Part shown: positions 39,820-49,567 of the stretch, piece after piece
Numbering within the stretch: position 1 is the first letter of the stretch
Layout of the letters: each line of letters starts with the position of its first letter
Assembly: GCA_023150455.1 (NCBI GenBank)
Contig: JAKLKW010000026.1
Location: forward strand, 41,982-105,981
Reading direction: 5' to 3'
Length of the DNA: 64,000 bases
Source of the DNA: Alphaproteobacteria bacterium
GTDB lineage: Bacteria; Pseudomonadota; Alphaproteobacteria; JAEULC01
Position numbers and translations under genes: made by a program
The notes under the pieces: model-generated
Databases searched by the model: none
What the model was told of the DNA's origin: nothing
What the model saw: only the letters and a program-made list of their open reading frames with translations

Positions 39820-40546
39820 CTTAGTTTCGCATCGCTGATGTAAAGACTGACAATCTCACCATCCTTCAAGACCGGCTTGGCCGTGAGTTCAACATCACGC
39901 TGGGCAGCGTGCTCATATCACCAACCTCCAACGGTTCCTTCGATTTCAACACCTCCGCAATCGGTTCATCGATGACAACGGGGGCCGTGACTAACGCCCG
40001 GCCAAAAGCGATGGTTCGGCATGATTGGCCGACAGGCTCGGGAACCTTTTGGAGAGCGGGCGTGAGAAGCGATGTGAGTTTCGTTACGTGCTCCTGCAAC
40101 CAGGCTTTATCGCGCAAATGCCCTTGGTGCACATCACGCGCAAACTCACCGTGGCTTTTTGTTATATCGGCTATCTGGTCAAGCATCTTATCCGCCTCGG
40201 CTTTTCTACCGATGCGCCAGTTGATTACTGAGCCAAATATCTTCGGGAGAACGGTTTCGGCCAGTTCGCATAGCAGCGGTGCGTAGAGGGGAAGGCTGCC
40301 TGTCGCCATAAGCGCCATGACCTCGTAAATGAGTGATCCCGCTTTGGGCGGCCCCACATACACGCGCACCTGATACAGCCTCGGGTCTCGGCTGACTTGG
40401 CCGGCGAGCCAAAAATGAATGAGGCTGTTTGAAACACGACTTAGCCCGACTAGCGACTCGCCAAGTTGTTGCGCATCCACAAGCGAATCGTCGGCGTAAA
40501 GACCGGCATACTCCAATGGGATCGGCCGGAAAATTCCCTGCGGCAT
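39816..40546 (-). pseudogene. IS passenger gene of unknown function, disrupted near 39912
   Basis: 226-aa ORF (40546-39866) with GGAG RBS; a second frame 39911-39816 reads HAAQRDVELTAKPVLKDGEIVSLYISDAKLR, which looks like the true C-terminus. Confidence 0.65.
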
Positions 40547-40652
40547 ATGCTCCCCCCAACCTTATTGGTTGGGGAAACATTATCATCAGCATCGAAATGC
40601 GCATCACATGTTTATGGGGGATATAGTTGCCAAAATGCAACGGACGCCCGGG

Positions 40653-41603
40653 TCAGAACCGGCGTTTGAAGCGCTCCGTCGCGCCGACCAGGGCGGAACG
40701 CACGCCGGGTTCCATGGCCGAATGCCCGGCATCGGCGACGACCGTGAATTCGGAGCCGGGCCAGGCCCGCGCCAGCATGTCGGCGGTGCCGATCGGGCAG
40801 ACCATGTCGTAGCGGCCGTGCACGATCACGGCCGGCAGCCGCGCGACGCGCGGCAGATTGTCCATCAGCGCATCGGGCGGCAGGAAGATGCGGTTGACGA
40901 AGTAGTGCGCCTCGATCCGCGCGAGCGCGAGCGCAACGCGATAGTCGTTGACGGCGGCGACGTTGTCGGCGTTCGGCAACAGCGTCGAGCAGGCGGCCTC
41001 GTAGGCGCTCCAGGCGCGCGCCGCGGGACGATGCACCGCCGGATCGGGATTGTTCAGCCGGCGATGGTAGTTGGTCAGGAGATCGCCGCGCTCGGCCTCG
41101 GGCAGGAATCCGGCAAAGGCGCGATGCGCCTCGGGAAACACCTGCGCCAGGCCGTGGAGGAACCAGTCGACCTCGTTGTCGCGGCACAGGAAGATGCCGC
41201 GCAGCACGAAGCCTAGGCAGTGCTGCGGATGCGCCTCGCCGTAGGCCAGCGCCAGCGTGCTGCCCCACGAGCCGCCGAACAGCAGCCAGCGATCGATGCC
41301 GAGCAGGTTGCGCAACATCTCGATGTCGGCAATGAGGTGCTGGGTGGTATTGTCGGCAAGCTCCGCCGTCGGCGTCGAGCGCCCGGCGCCGCGCTGGTCG
41401 AATACCACGACCCGATAGAACGACGGGTCGAAGAAGCGCCGATGCGCCGGCGTCGCGCCGGCGCCGGGGCCGCCGTGCAGGAACAGCACGGGCACGCCGG
41501 ACGGATTGCCGCACTCCTCGTAATAGAGGCTGTGCCGCCCGTCCGGACGAAGCGTTCCCGTGCTATAAGGCTCGATGGGTGGAAAGAGGTCGGTACGGGC
41601 CAT
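40653..41603 (-). CDS. pip: Proline iminopeptidase
   Basis: HGGPG, FDQRGAGRS, GGSWGSTL, GRYD..CP, AGHS. Confidence 0.95.
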   Translation of the reverse strand: MARTDLFPPIEPYSTGTLRPDGRHSLYYEECGNPSGVPVLFLHGGPGAGATPAHRRFFDPSFYRVVVFDQRGAGRSTPTAELADNTTQHLIADIEMLRNLLGIDRWLLFGGSWGSTLALAYGEAHPQHCLGFVLRGIFLCRDNEVDWFLHGLAQVFPEAHRAFAGFLPEAERGDLLTNYHRRLNNPDPAVHRPAARAWSAYEAACSTLLPNADNVAAVNDYRVALALARIEAHYFVNRIFLPPDALMDNLPRVARLPAVIVHGRYDMVCPIGTADMLARAWPGSEFTVVADAGHSAMEPGVRSALVGATERFKRRF

Positions 41604-41717
41604 GCGGGCGTAAGGGCGGCGCTTCCGGTTGGGAGCGGCCGGCGCCTGGGCCGCCGACCTCCAGCTTGTTGTCGGCACGTCTTATCGCCCATCGGGCGGA
41701 CAAGTTAAACAGGTAAA

Positions 41718-42515
41718 ATGCAGCTCGGGTTCCTGCCGCGACCAGTCATCGTCCCTGCCATCGCCTTTGCCTCGATCGCCGCTGCGGGCTCCGCGCCTGC
41801 CGAGGACTTCACCGCGATGGAGCGCGCGGGAGCGGTCCGCGCGGAGCGCGCGATCGACGGCGACACGCTGGCGCTCGCGGATGGGCGCGAGTTGCGGCTG
41901 ATCGGGATCGCGGCGCCGAAGAGTACGCCCAAGGGCCCGCTGCATCGGGTTGCGGAAGCGGCACGACAGGAGCTCGACCGGTTGGCGGCCGGGCGTACGC
42001 TGACGCTCTACAGCGGCGGGCGGCCGAGTGACCGGCGTCAGCGCCTGCTGGCCCATGCCGTGGCCGAGGACGGCACCTGGCTGCAGGGCGCGATGCTGGC
42101 GGCTGGGCTTGCCCGGGTCGAGACGTTCGCCGACAATCGCGCGCGTGCCGCCGAAATGCTGGCGCTCGAGGCGACAGCTCGCAAGGAGCGCCGCGGCATC
42201 TGGGCCGAGCCGCGCTTTCGCGTCCTGACGCCGGAGCAGGCCGAGCGCTGGCGCGACGGGTACCATCTCGTCGAGGGACGCGTGCTGCGGGTGAGCGAGG
42301 AGCAGGGACGACTGGCGCTGGAATTCAGCCCGAACGGCCGGCGGGGCTTCGTGGTTGCCGTCCCCGTGCGGCAGCGCGCCCAGTTCCGCGCGGCCGGCCT
42401 GGATCCCGCCGGGCTGGCCGGCACGACGCTGCGCGTCCGCGGCTGGATCCACCGGCGGCTCGGCCCGGAAATCCTCGCCTCGCATCCCGAGCAGATCGAG
42501 CGCCTGACGCAATGA
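41718..42515 (+). CDS. Thermonuclease (SNase-like) family protein with C-terminal OB fold
   Basis: IDGDT, RLIGI.AP, DR..RLLA, GLARV, AR..RRG.W. Confidence 0.88.
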   Translation: MQLGFLPRPVIVPAIAFASIAAAGSAPAEDFTAMERAGAVRAERAIDGDTLALADGRELRLIGIAAPKSTPKGPLHRVAEAARQELDRLAAGRTLTLYSGGRPSDRRQRLLAHAVAEDGTWLQGAMLAAGLARVETFADNRARAAEMLALEATARKERRGIWAEPRFRVLTPEQAERWRDGYHLVEGRVLRVSEEQGRLALEFSPNGRRGFVVAVPVRQRAQFRAAGLDPAGLAGTTLRVRGWIHRRLGPEILASHPEQIERLTQ

Positions 42516-43996
42516 CGCCCCGACGCCCGACCGTGCGCGCCGCGTTGCGCGCAAGCCTTCGCGCGCTTGCCGTCGCGACCGGCCTTTTTGCCGGCGGGTG
42601 CGTCATCGACCCGGCAACGGGCGAACGCAGCCTCGGCCAGCTCTTGACGCGCGAGGACGAGCTGGCGGTGGGGCGCGACGAGCATCCGCGCGTCGTGCGG
42701 CAGTTCGGCGGCGAATACCGCGACCTTGCTGTGGCGGGCTATGTAGACCAGGTCGGGCAGGCCGTCGCCAAGCTGTCGGACACGCCCGAGATCGCCTTCA
42801 CCTTCACCGTTCTCAACAGTCCGATCGTGAACGCGTTCGCGCTGCCAGGCGGATTCGTCTACGTCACACGCGGGCTCCTGGCGCTGGCCGGCAACGAGGC
42901 GGAGCTTGCGTCGGTCCTGGCACACGAGATCGGCCATATCACCGCGCGCCACGCGGCGCAACGCCATCAGCGCGCCGCCCGGCTGCCGACGGCGGCCGGC
43001 GCCAAGATCGACGGCGGCGCCGCAGGCGAGCTCGCGCCGGGACAGGATCCCGCCGCCTACGTGCAGGGCTATTCGCGCGAGCAGGAGCTGGAAGCCGATA
43101 CGCTGGGCATCCGCTATCTCGCGCGCGCCGGCTACGATCCCGCGGCCATGTCGACCTTCCTGGCGCGGCTGGACGCGCAGGCGCGACTCGACGCGGCCCT
43201 GATGGGTCTGCCCGCCGACCAGGCCGACCAGATGAGCTTCACCGCGACCCATCCGCGCACGGCGGACCGGGTGCAGGCGGCGGCCCAGCGCGCCGGCGAG
43301 CTCGGCGCGCCGCGGCGGCCGCTCGAGCCGCAGTCGTACCTCAAGCGCATCGACGGCATCCTCTACGGCGACGACCCGGACCAAGGCTTCGTGCGCGGCA
43401 CGACCTTCCTGCATCCGCGGCTCTTGTTCCGTTTCGACGTGCCGGCCGGGTTCCGCCTGTTCAACTCGGCCCAGCGCGTGATCGCGCGCAACCCGCAAGA
43501 AGCCCTCGTCCTGTTCGACTCGGCGCGGCGGCCGGCCGGCATGTCGGTCGCCGACTACCTGATCGGCGTTTGGTCGCGCGACCTGTCGCTGGCGGGAACC
43601 GAGAAGATCCAGATCAACGGCTTCGCGGCGGCCACCGGCTGGACCCGGGTCGAAACCAACCGCGGACCACGCGATCTGCGCCTGGTGGCCATCCAGTTCG
43701 ACGAGGACACGATCTACCGTTTCACGTTCATCACCCCGCCCCCCCTGACCGATTCGCTGTCGCTCGACCTCCGGCGGTCGACCTACAGCTTCCGCGCGCT
43801 GCCGCAGGACGAGGCGGCGGCGCTGCGGCCGCTGCGATTGCAGATGGTGCGCGTGCGCGAAGGCGACACGGTGGCGAGCCTTTCTTCCCGCCTGCCCGTG
43901 CCCGATGGCCGCGAAGGCGTGTTCCGCACGCTCAACGGCCTCGGCACGCAGGACGAGATCAAGCCGGACCAGCTCGTGAAGGTCATCGTGGAGTAG
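42512..43996 (+). CDS. M48 family metalloprotease lipoprotein with C-terminal LysM (copy 1)
   Basis: Lipobox (AGGC), NAFALPGG, HEIGH, SREQE.EAD, THP, GDT....NGL. Confidence 0.92.
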   Translation: MTPRRPTVRAALRASLRALAVATGLFAGGCVIDPATGERSLGQLLTREDELAVGRDEHPRVVRQFGGEYRDLAVAGYVDQVGQAVAKLSDTPEIAFTFTVLNSPIVNAFALPGGFVYVTRGLLALAGNEAELASVLAHEIGHITARHAAQRHQRAARLPTAAGAKIDGGAAGELAPGQDPAAYVQGYSREQELEADTLGIRYLARAGYDPAAMSTFLARLDAQARLDAALMGLPADQADQMSFTATHPRTADRVQAAAQRAGELGAPRRPLEPQSYLKRIDGILYGDDPDQGFVRGTTFLHPRLLFRFDVPAGFRLFNSAQRVIARNPQEALVLFDSARRPAGMSVADYLIGVWSRDLSLAGTEKIQINGFAAATGWTRVETNRGPRDLRLVAIQFDEDTIYRFTFITPPPLTDSLSLDLRRSTYSFRALPQDEAAALRPLRLQMVRVREGDTVASLSSRLPVPDGREGVFRTLNGLGTQDEIKPDQLVKVIVE

Positions 43997-44100
43997 CTTC
44001 CGGCCGGGTCCAAATTCCGCCAATATCATGCGCCATGGATTGCCGCTCGGCCCGTCGTTGACTCGGCGGACCGCCCGAACCATCTGACCAGGCACGCGCC

Positions 44101-45591
44101 ATGCGCTCGAGACATGGAAACCTGTCGGTCGCGATCGTCGCCGCCGCGCTCGCTCTCGGCGGCACGACGGGCGCGCGCGCCCAATGGACGGACCTGCTGA
44201 AGGGCGAGTGGATCGATCGCCTGTCGGAAACGGTGGTCACGCCGGAGCAGGAACGCCAGATCGCGGAGAGCGAGCATCCGAAGATCCTGACGCAGTTCGG
44301 CGGCGAGTATCGCGACCAGGCGATGCAGGAGTACCTGACCCAACTGGTCAACGCGCTGGGCAAGGCCTCGGCCCAGCCGCAAATCCAGTACCGCGTCACG
44401 CTGCTGAATTCGCCGGTCGTCAACGCATTCGCCCTGCCCGCCGGATACGTCTACACCACGCGCGGACTGCTGGCGCTGGCCGGCAGCGAGGCCGAGGTTG
44501 CGGGCGTGTTGGCGCACGAGATCGGCCATGTGACGGCACGGCACACGACGCAGCGCTATGGACGGTCCGTTCTTGCGAGCGGCGCGTCGGGCCTGGCCGG
44601 CCTCTTGAACATGCCCATGCTGGAGCAGGCCATCGCCTTCGGTGGGCAACTTTGGATCCAGAGCTTCAGCCGCGAGCAGGAATTCCAGGCCGACGAGCTG
44701 GGCGTCCAGACCCTGGCGCGGGCCGGCTACACGCCGGCGGCGATGGCGAGCTTCCTCGGGCGCATGCAGCTGCATTCGGACCTGCAGGCGACCTTGGCCG
44801 GCCGCAAGCCGGGAGAGACGGACCAGTTCAGCCTGTTCGCGACGCATCCGCGCACCGCCGACCGTGTGGAGCGGGCGATCGAGCAGGCCGGGCTCGCCGG
44901 CGCGAAGGGCGGGCGCGAGGAGCGCGATTCCTACCTGCGGCGCATCGAAGGCGTGCTGTACGGCGACGACCCCGACCAGGGCTATGTGCGTGGCCGCATG
45001 TTCCTGCACCCGGCCCTCAAGCTGCGCTTCGAGGTGCCGGAGGGATTTCAGCTGCTGAACGGCGCCGACGCGGTCACGGCGACCGGACCGGGCGGCGCCG
45101 TGATCAAGTTCGACAGCGCGCCGGAGAAGTACCAAGGCTCGATGCGCGGTTACGTGACCGATCTCTGGGCGCGCCAGGCGGCCGTCGGCATGGCCGAGCA
45201 GATCAGGGTCGACTCGATGGAAGGCGCATCCGCAGTCTCGCGGATGAACACGCAACGCGGGCCGGTCGACGTCCGGTTCACCGCCATCCGCTTCGCGCCA
45301 GACCGGATCTACCGCTTCCAGTTCATCGCACCAAGCCAGATCGCCCAGCAGCTCGCGCCGGAGTTCGGCAAGGTCACCGGCAGCTTCCGGCGCCTGACCG
45401 ACCAGGAGGCGGCCGCCCTGAAGCCGTTCCGGCTGCGGCTGGTCGCAGCGGCAGCGGGCGACACGCCCGAGACGATGGCGCGCCGCATGGCGCAGCCGAC
45501 CCAGCAGGTCGAGCGCTTCCGCGCCTTGAACGGGTTGAGACCGGGCGATCCGGTCGTCCCCGGACAGCTGTACAAGATTGTCGCGGACTGA
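44101..45591 (+). CDS. M48 family metalloprotease with C-terminal LysM (copy 2)
   Basis: Signal peptide (ARA-Q), NAFALP, HEIGH, SREQE.QAD, THP, LNGL. Confidence 0.92.
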   Translation: MRSRHGNLSVAIVAAALALGGTTGARAQWTDLLKGEWIDRLSETVVTPEQERQIAESEHPKILTQFGGEYRDQAMQEYLTQLVNALGKASAQPQIQYRVTLLNSPVVNAFALPAGYVYTTRGLLALAGSEAEVAGVLAHEIGHVTARHTTQRYGRSVLASGASGLAGLLNMPMLEQAIAFGGQLWIQSFSREQEFQADELGVQTLARAGYTPAAMASFLGRMQLHSDLQATLAGRKPGETDQFSLFATHPRTADRVERAIEQAGLAGAKGGREERDSYLRRIEGVLYGDDPDQGYVRGRMFLHPALKLRFEVPEGFQLLNGADAVTATGPGGAVIKFDSAPEKYQGSMRGYVTDLWARQAAVGMAEQIRVDSMEGASAVSRMNTQRGPVDVRFTAIRFAPDRIYRFQFIAPSQIAQQLAPEFGKVTGSFRRLTDQEAAALKPFRLRLVAAAAGDTPETMARRMAQPTQQVERFRALNGLRPGDPVVPGQLYKIVAD

Positions 45592-47413
45592 CCACCTTTC
45601 CGCGGCGCCCGCCGAAATGCGCGCGCGCGGTCGCGGCTGGCCGATCGCCGGCATCCTGGGCGTCGGGCTCGGGCTGTTCGTCGCGCTGGCGGTCGGCGCG
45701 GAGCTTGTGGTCGGATATGTCGGCGCGCGCAGCTCGGCTTACAACCTGGTGCGCGACCACACGGTGCTGATGCTCGACGCGCTGGTCGAGCGCATCCTGC
45801 ACCACCTGCAGCCGGCGGTCGACCAGGCGGCCTTTCTCGAGCGGCAGATCACCGGGCGCTACATCGACGTCGCCGATCCCGAACGCGTCATTGACGCGCT
45901 GACGCTGGCGCTCGCCGGCACGCCGCAGGTCGCGTCGCTGACGTTCTTCTCCCCGGACTTCAAGATGGTCGGCGTCAGCCGCGCCGGCCGGCGCATCGAG
46001 CCGCTCCGGGCCGAATTTCCCAAGACCGCCGAGAACGTGCTGGCTGCCGAGCGGCTTGCCGCCGCCGTCCAGCCCTATTGGGGCGAGGTGCGGCGCATCC
46101 GCACAGGCGAGACCGTCATCAACCTGCGCACGCCGATCCGGCGCGACGGGAAATACATCGGCGGCATCGTGTCGGCGATCTCGATCCTGGATCTCTCGGC
46201 GCTGCTCGCCGAGATCGGCAGCAACGGGCCCGGCCGGCCGTTCGTGCTGCTCGGCCGCGATCAGGTCCTGGCGCACCCGGGCTACGTGTTCGGTCTGCCG
46301 ACAAACGGTGCGCCGCAGCGAACCCTGCCGACGGTGACCGAGTACGGCGACCCGGTGCTCGCCAACCTCTGGAGCCCGTCCGCCAGCCAGCAGATCGAGC
46401 GCTTCGGGCGCACCGAGGCACGCTACGTCGACCCGCCCGGCGACGACCGGCGCGTGGTGCTGTACCGCGAGATCTACGACCTGGGCGACCGGCCCTGGAT
46501 CGTGGGGACGCAGTTCAAGGCGGTGGAGATCGGGGCGGAGCTGCAGCGGTTGTACCGCATGGTCTATGTCGGCCTCGCCGTGCTGGTGGCTGCGGTCGGC
46601 GCGGCCGTGCTGCTGGGCCATTGGTTCGCCCGTCCGATCCGTCGCTTCGCCGAAGCCGCCGACGCCATGCGCCGCCTGGACTTCGCCGCCCTGCCCTCGC
46701 TGCCGCGCAGCCGATTCCGCGAGGTCGACAGCGCGGCCATGGCCTTCAACGCCATGGCCTCGACGCTGCGCTGGGTCGAAACCTACCTGCCCAAGCGCCT
46801 GGTGCAGCGCCTGATGCTGCAGGAGGGCGGGGTCGCATCCGAGGAGCGCGAGGTCACGGTGATGTTCACCGACATCGTCGGCTTCACGTCGTTATCGGAG
46901 CATCGGCCGGCACGCGAGCTGGCGGACATGCTGAACGAGCATTTCTCGCTGATCGCGCGCTGCATCGAGGCCGAGGGCGGAACGCTGGACAAGTACATCG
47001 GCGATTCCGCGATGGCCTTCTGGAACGCGCCGGACCGCCAGCCCGACCACGCCGCGCGCGCCTGCCGCGCCGCTATCGCGATCGCGGAGGCCATGCGCGA
47101 CAGCGCGAAGCGACGCCGGGCGGCGGGGCTGCCGGTGCTGCGCATGCGCCTGGGCCTCCATACCGGCCCCGCGATCGTCGGCAATATCGGCGCGCCCGGG
47201 CGCGTCAACTACACGATCGTCGGCGACACGGTGAACACGGCGCAGCGCCTGCAGGGCCTCGGGCGGCGCTTCGACGACGGCACGGCGCCGGCGATCGCGC
47301 TGGCCAGCGAGACGACGGCGCGCGCAGCCGACGGCGTGGTGCCCATGGTCGAGCTCGGCCTGCGCGGCGTCGCCGGACGCGAGAAGCCGATCACCGTGTT
47401 CCGGCTGGCATGA
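45578..47413 (+). CDS. Membrane class III adenylate/guanylate cyclase (sensor domain, HAMP, cyclase)
   Basis: MFTDIVGFT, DKYIGD..MAFW, GLHTG, YTIVGDTVN.AQRL; two TM segments. Confidence 0.92.
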   Translation: MSRTDHLSAAPAEMRARGRGWPIAGILGVGLGLFVALAVGAELVVGYVGARSSAYNLVRDHTVLMLDALVERILHHLQPAVDQAAFLERQITGRYIDVADPERVIDALTLALAGTPQVASLTFFSPDFKMVGVSRAGRRIEPLRAEFPKTAENVLAAERLAAAVQPYWGEVRRIRTGETVINLRTPIRRDGKYIGGIVSAISILDLSALLAEIGSNGPGRPFVLLGRDQVLAHPGYVFGLPTNGAPQRTLPTVTEYGDPVLANLWSPSASQQIERFGRTEARYVDPPGDDRRVVLYREIYDLGDRPWIVGTQFKAVEIGAELQRLYRMVYVGLAVLVAAVGAAVLLGHWFARPIRRFAEAADAMRRLDFAALPSLPRSRFREVDSAAMAFNAMASTLRWVETYLPKRLVQRLMLQEGGVASEEREVTVMFTDIVGFTSLSEHRPARELADMLNEHFSLIARCIEAEGGTLDKYIGDSAMAFWNAPDRQPDHAARACRAAIAIAEAMRDSAKRRRAAGLPVLRMRLGLHTGPAIVGNIGAPGRVNYTIVGDTVNTAQRLQGLGRRFDDGTAPAIALASETTARAADGVVPMVELGLRGVAGREKPITVFRLA

Positions 47414-47859
47414 GCATCGGGGGAGCAGAGGAATTGAGCGAACCGGTCACCTATCGCGGCACCGCCTATCCATGGCAGTGCGACCATATCGGCCACATGA
47501 ACGTCATGTACTACGTCGGCAAGTTCGACGAGGCGACGTGGAACTTCTTCGCGTCGATTGGCATGACGCCCAGCTATCTGCGCGACGGCGGCCGAGGCAT
47601 GGCGGCGGTGCAGCAGAACATCGCCTATCGGCGCGAACTGCTGCCGGGCGACATCATCGAGGTGCGCACGCGCGTCGCGGAGATCCGCGACAAGGTGATC
47701 CGCTTCGTGCACACGATGCGCAACGCCGAAAGCGGCGAGGTCGCCGCCGAATGCGAGCTGACCTGCGTGCATCTGGATCGCGCGACGCGCAGGAGCTGTC
47801 CGTTCCCGGAGGCGGTAAGCAAGGCGGCCGCGGCGCGGATGGCGCCGGCGGCCCCCTGA
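47410..47859 (+). CDS. Acyl-CoA thioesterase (hot-dog fold)
   Basis: CDHIGHMNV..Y, Y.REL.PGD. Confidence 0.85.
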   Translation: MSIGGAEELSEPVTYRGTAYPWQCDHIGHMNVMYYVGKFDEATWNFFASIGMTPSYLRDGGRGMAAVQQNIAYRRELLPGDIIEVRTRVAEIRDKVIRFVHTMRNAESGEVAAECELTCVHLDRATRRSCPFPEAVSKAAAARMAPAAP

Positions 47860-47866
47860 ATCACGA

Positions 47867-47892
47867 AACGCCCGCCGTTGCCGGCGGGCGTT
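47867..47892. terminator. Hairpin terminator between convergent genes
   Basis: aacgcccgcc-gttgcc-ggcgggcgtt. Confidence 0.7.
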
Positions 47893-47916
47893 GCGTCCTG
47901 CGATGGATGCAGAGAA

Positions 47917-48753
47917 TCAGGCGGCGCGCAGCACGCTTTCCAGCTTTTGCGCCGCGGCCATTTCGTCGATCTTCTCGACCGCCGCCAGCTCGCGCGCCAG
48001 CCGGTCGAGCGCCGCCTGGTAGATCTGGCGCTCGCTGTAGGACTGGTCGGGTTGGCCGGCGTTGCGGTAGAGGTCGCGCACGACCTCGGCGATCGACACC
48101 GGGTCGCCGCTGTTGATCTTCGCCTCGTATTCCTGGGCGCGCCGGCTCCACATCATGCGGCGGATGCGCGAGCGGCCCTTCAGCGTCTTCAGCGCCGTCT
48201 CCATCTCCTTGCGGCTGGACAGGCGCCGGAGGCCGGAATTGGTCGCCTTGCCGACCGGCACGCGCAGCGTCATGCGCTCCTTCTCGAAGGTGATTACGAT
48301 CACCTTGAGACTCGTGCCGGCGATCTCCTGGTTCTCGACGCCCTGGATGCGGCCGACGCCGTGCGTCGGATAGACGACGTAGTCGCCCGCCGAGAATTCC
48401 GGCTCCTTGCCGACGACGGCCGGCTTGGCCGCCGGGGCCGGCATGGGCGGCCGCACCGCCTGCTTGACCGCTGCCTGGGGCACCACCGCCAGCTTGGCGT
48501 TGGCATTCGCCGCCGGCTTGACCAGCGCCTTCACCTTCGGCTGGGCCGCCACGAGCTTCGCCACCGACGACTTGGCCGGTGCCTTGGCGGCCGCCGGCTT
48601 CTTCTTCAGGGTCTCTGGCATCTTCTTCTTCGACTCGACTTTCGCTTTGGTTGACGTCGTCCGGGCCGCCGCCTTCGCGACCGCCTTACGGGATTTGCCG
48701 GCACTGATTGTTTTCGAAGCGACCTTCCGGTCCGCCGTCTTGTGCTTGCTCAT
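47917..48753 (-). CDS. carD: CarD/CdnL RNA polymerase-binding regulator with Lys/Ala-rich N-terminal extension
   Basis: F..GD.VVYP.HGVG.I, LRVP, MWSRRAQEYEAKINSG, AEVVRDL, SYSERQ. Confidence 0.93.
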   Translation of the reverse strand: MSKHKTADRKVASKTISAGKSRKAVAKAAARTTSTKAKVESKKKMPETLKKKPAAAKAPAKSSVAKLVAAQPKVKALVKPAANANAKLAVVPQAAVKQAVRPPMPAPAAKPAVVGKEPEFSAGDYVVYPTHGVGRIQGVENQEIAGTSLKVIVITFEKERMTLRVPVGKATNSGLRRLSSRKEMETALKTLKGRSRIRRMMWSRRAQEYEAKINSGDPVSIAEVVRDLYRNAGQPDQSYSERQIYQAALDRLARELAAVEKIDEMAAAQKLESVLRAA

Positions 48754-49033
48754 CACCCACTCATCCCGCCGCCCGCAAGGATCGTTAAGATCGACCCAAC
48801 GGCCCCGGACGGCATACAAAAAACCCCTTTCGCCGCTCCGCACCCGGCGGAACCCGGCGAAAAGACAGGCTCCTCTCGCAAATTATCTAAGCTGTTGGGG
48901 GCGGGTTTTAAGGCCCGAATTAGGTCCAACAACTGTGCGGATATGAATATCACAGAAAGGACAGCGAGTCAGCCGCTGCGATACCGCTATGCACAAAATG
49001 CATGGCGGTTCGAAATCACAAGAACAGAGCGTG

Positions 49034-49369
49034 TTAACGTTTGGCCGGGTTGGGGCTGAAATGCTCGGCGAACTTGTTCGCCACGCCATTCCACTTCTCG
49101 GCGTCTTCGGGCTGTGTCCCCTTGCGCGTGATGTTCGGCCAGCTCTGCGCGTATTCGCGGTTGACTTCCGCGAACTTCTCCGCCGCGCCGTCGGTATCGG
49201 GCACGATGGCTTCGGCTGGGCACTCCGGCTCGCACACGCCGCAGTCGATGCATTCATCCGGGTGGATGACGAGCATGTTCTCGCCTTCGTAGAAGCAGTC
49301 GACCGGGCAGACTTCGACGCAGTCCATGAACTTGCACTTGATGCAGGCTTCCGTAACGACGTAGGCCAT
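49034..49369 (-). CDS. fdxA: Ferredoxin FdxA (7Fe/8Fe type)
   Basis: [26 protein letters not shown]...[12 protein letters not shown]. Confidence 0.96.
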   Translation of the reverse strand: MAYVVTEACIKCKFMDCVEVCPVDCFYEGENMLVIHPDECIDCGVCEPECPAEAIVPDTDGAAEKFAEVNREYAQSWPNITRKGTQPEDAEKWNGVANKFAEHFSPNPAKR

Positions 49370-49567
49370 AGCCCCTCTCTCTCGCCCTTCTTCCTTCGAC
49401 CGCTTGCCTTCTTGCTCGCCCGATCGGGCGCAGTGGGGTAGCACGCTCGGGCGCACCGGTGCAACCCTGGCACCGAAAGGGTTTATCGGCGCTTCGGTGC
49501 GCCCGGATTCAGCGACCGCCCGGCGCGCGTCGATCCGCGCGCGCATTCGTTACAACGCGCGGCCGGA

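Larger units (their letters stand above)
38820..40629 (+). mobile_element. IS1595-family element with passenger genes (1810 bp)
   Basis: 24-bp imperfect TIRs CAACTATATCCCC-N5-ACATGT (20/24 identical); 8-bp direct repeat CCAAAATG at 38812-38819 and 40630-40637; lower GC. Confidence 0.92.
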
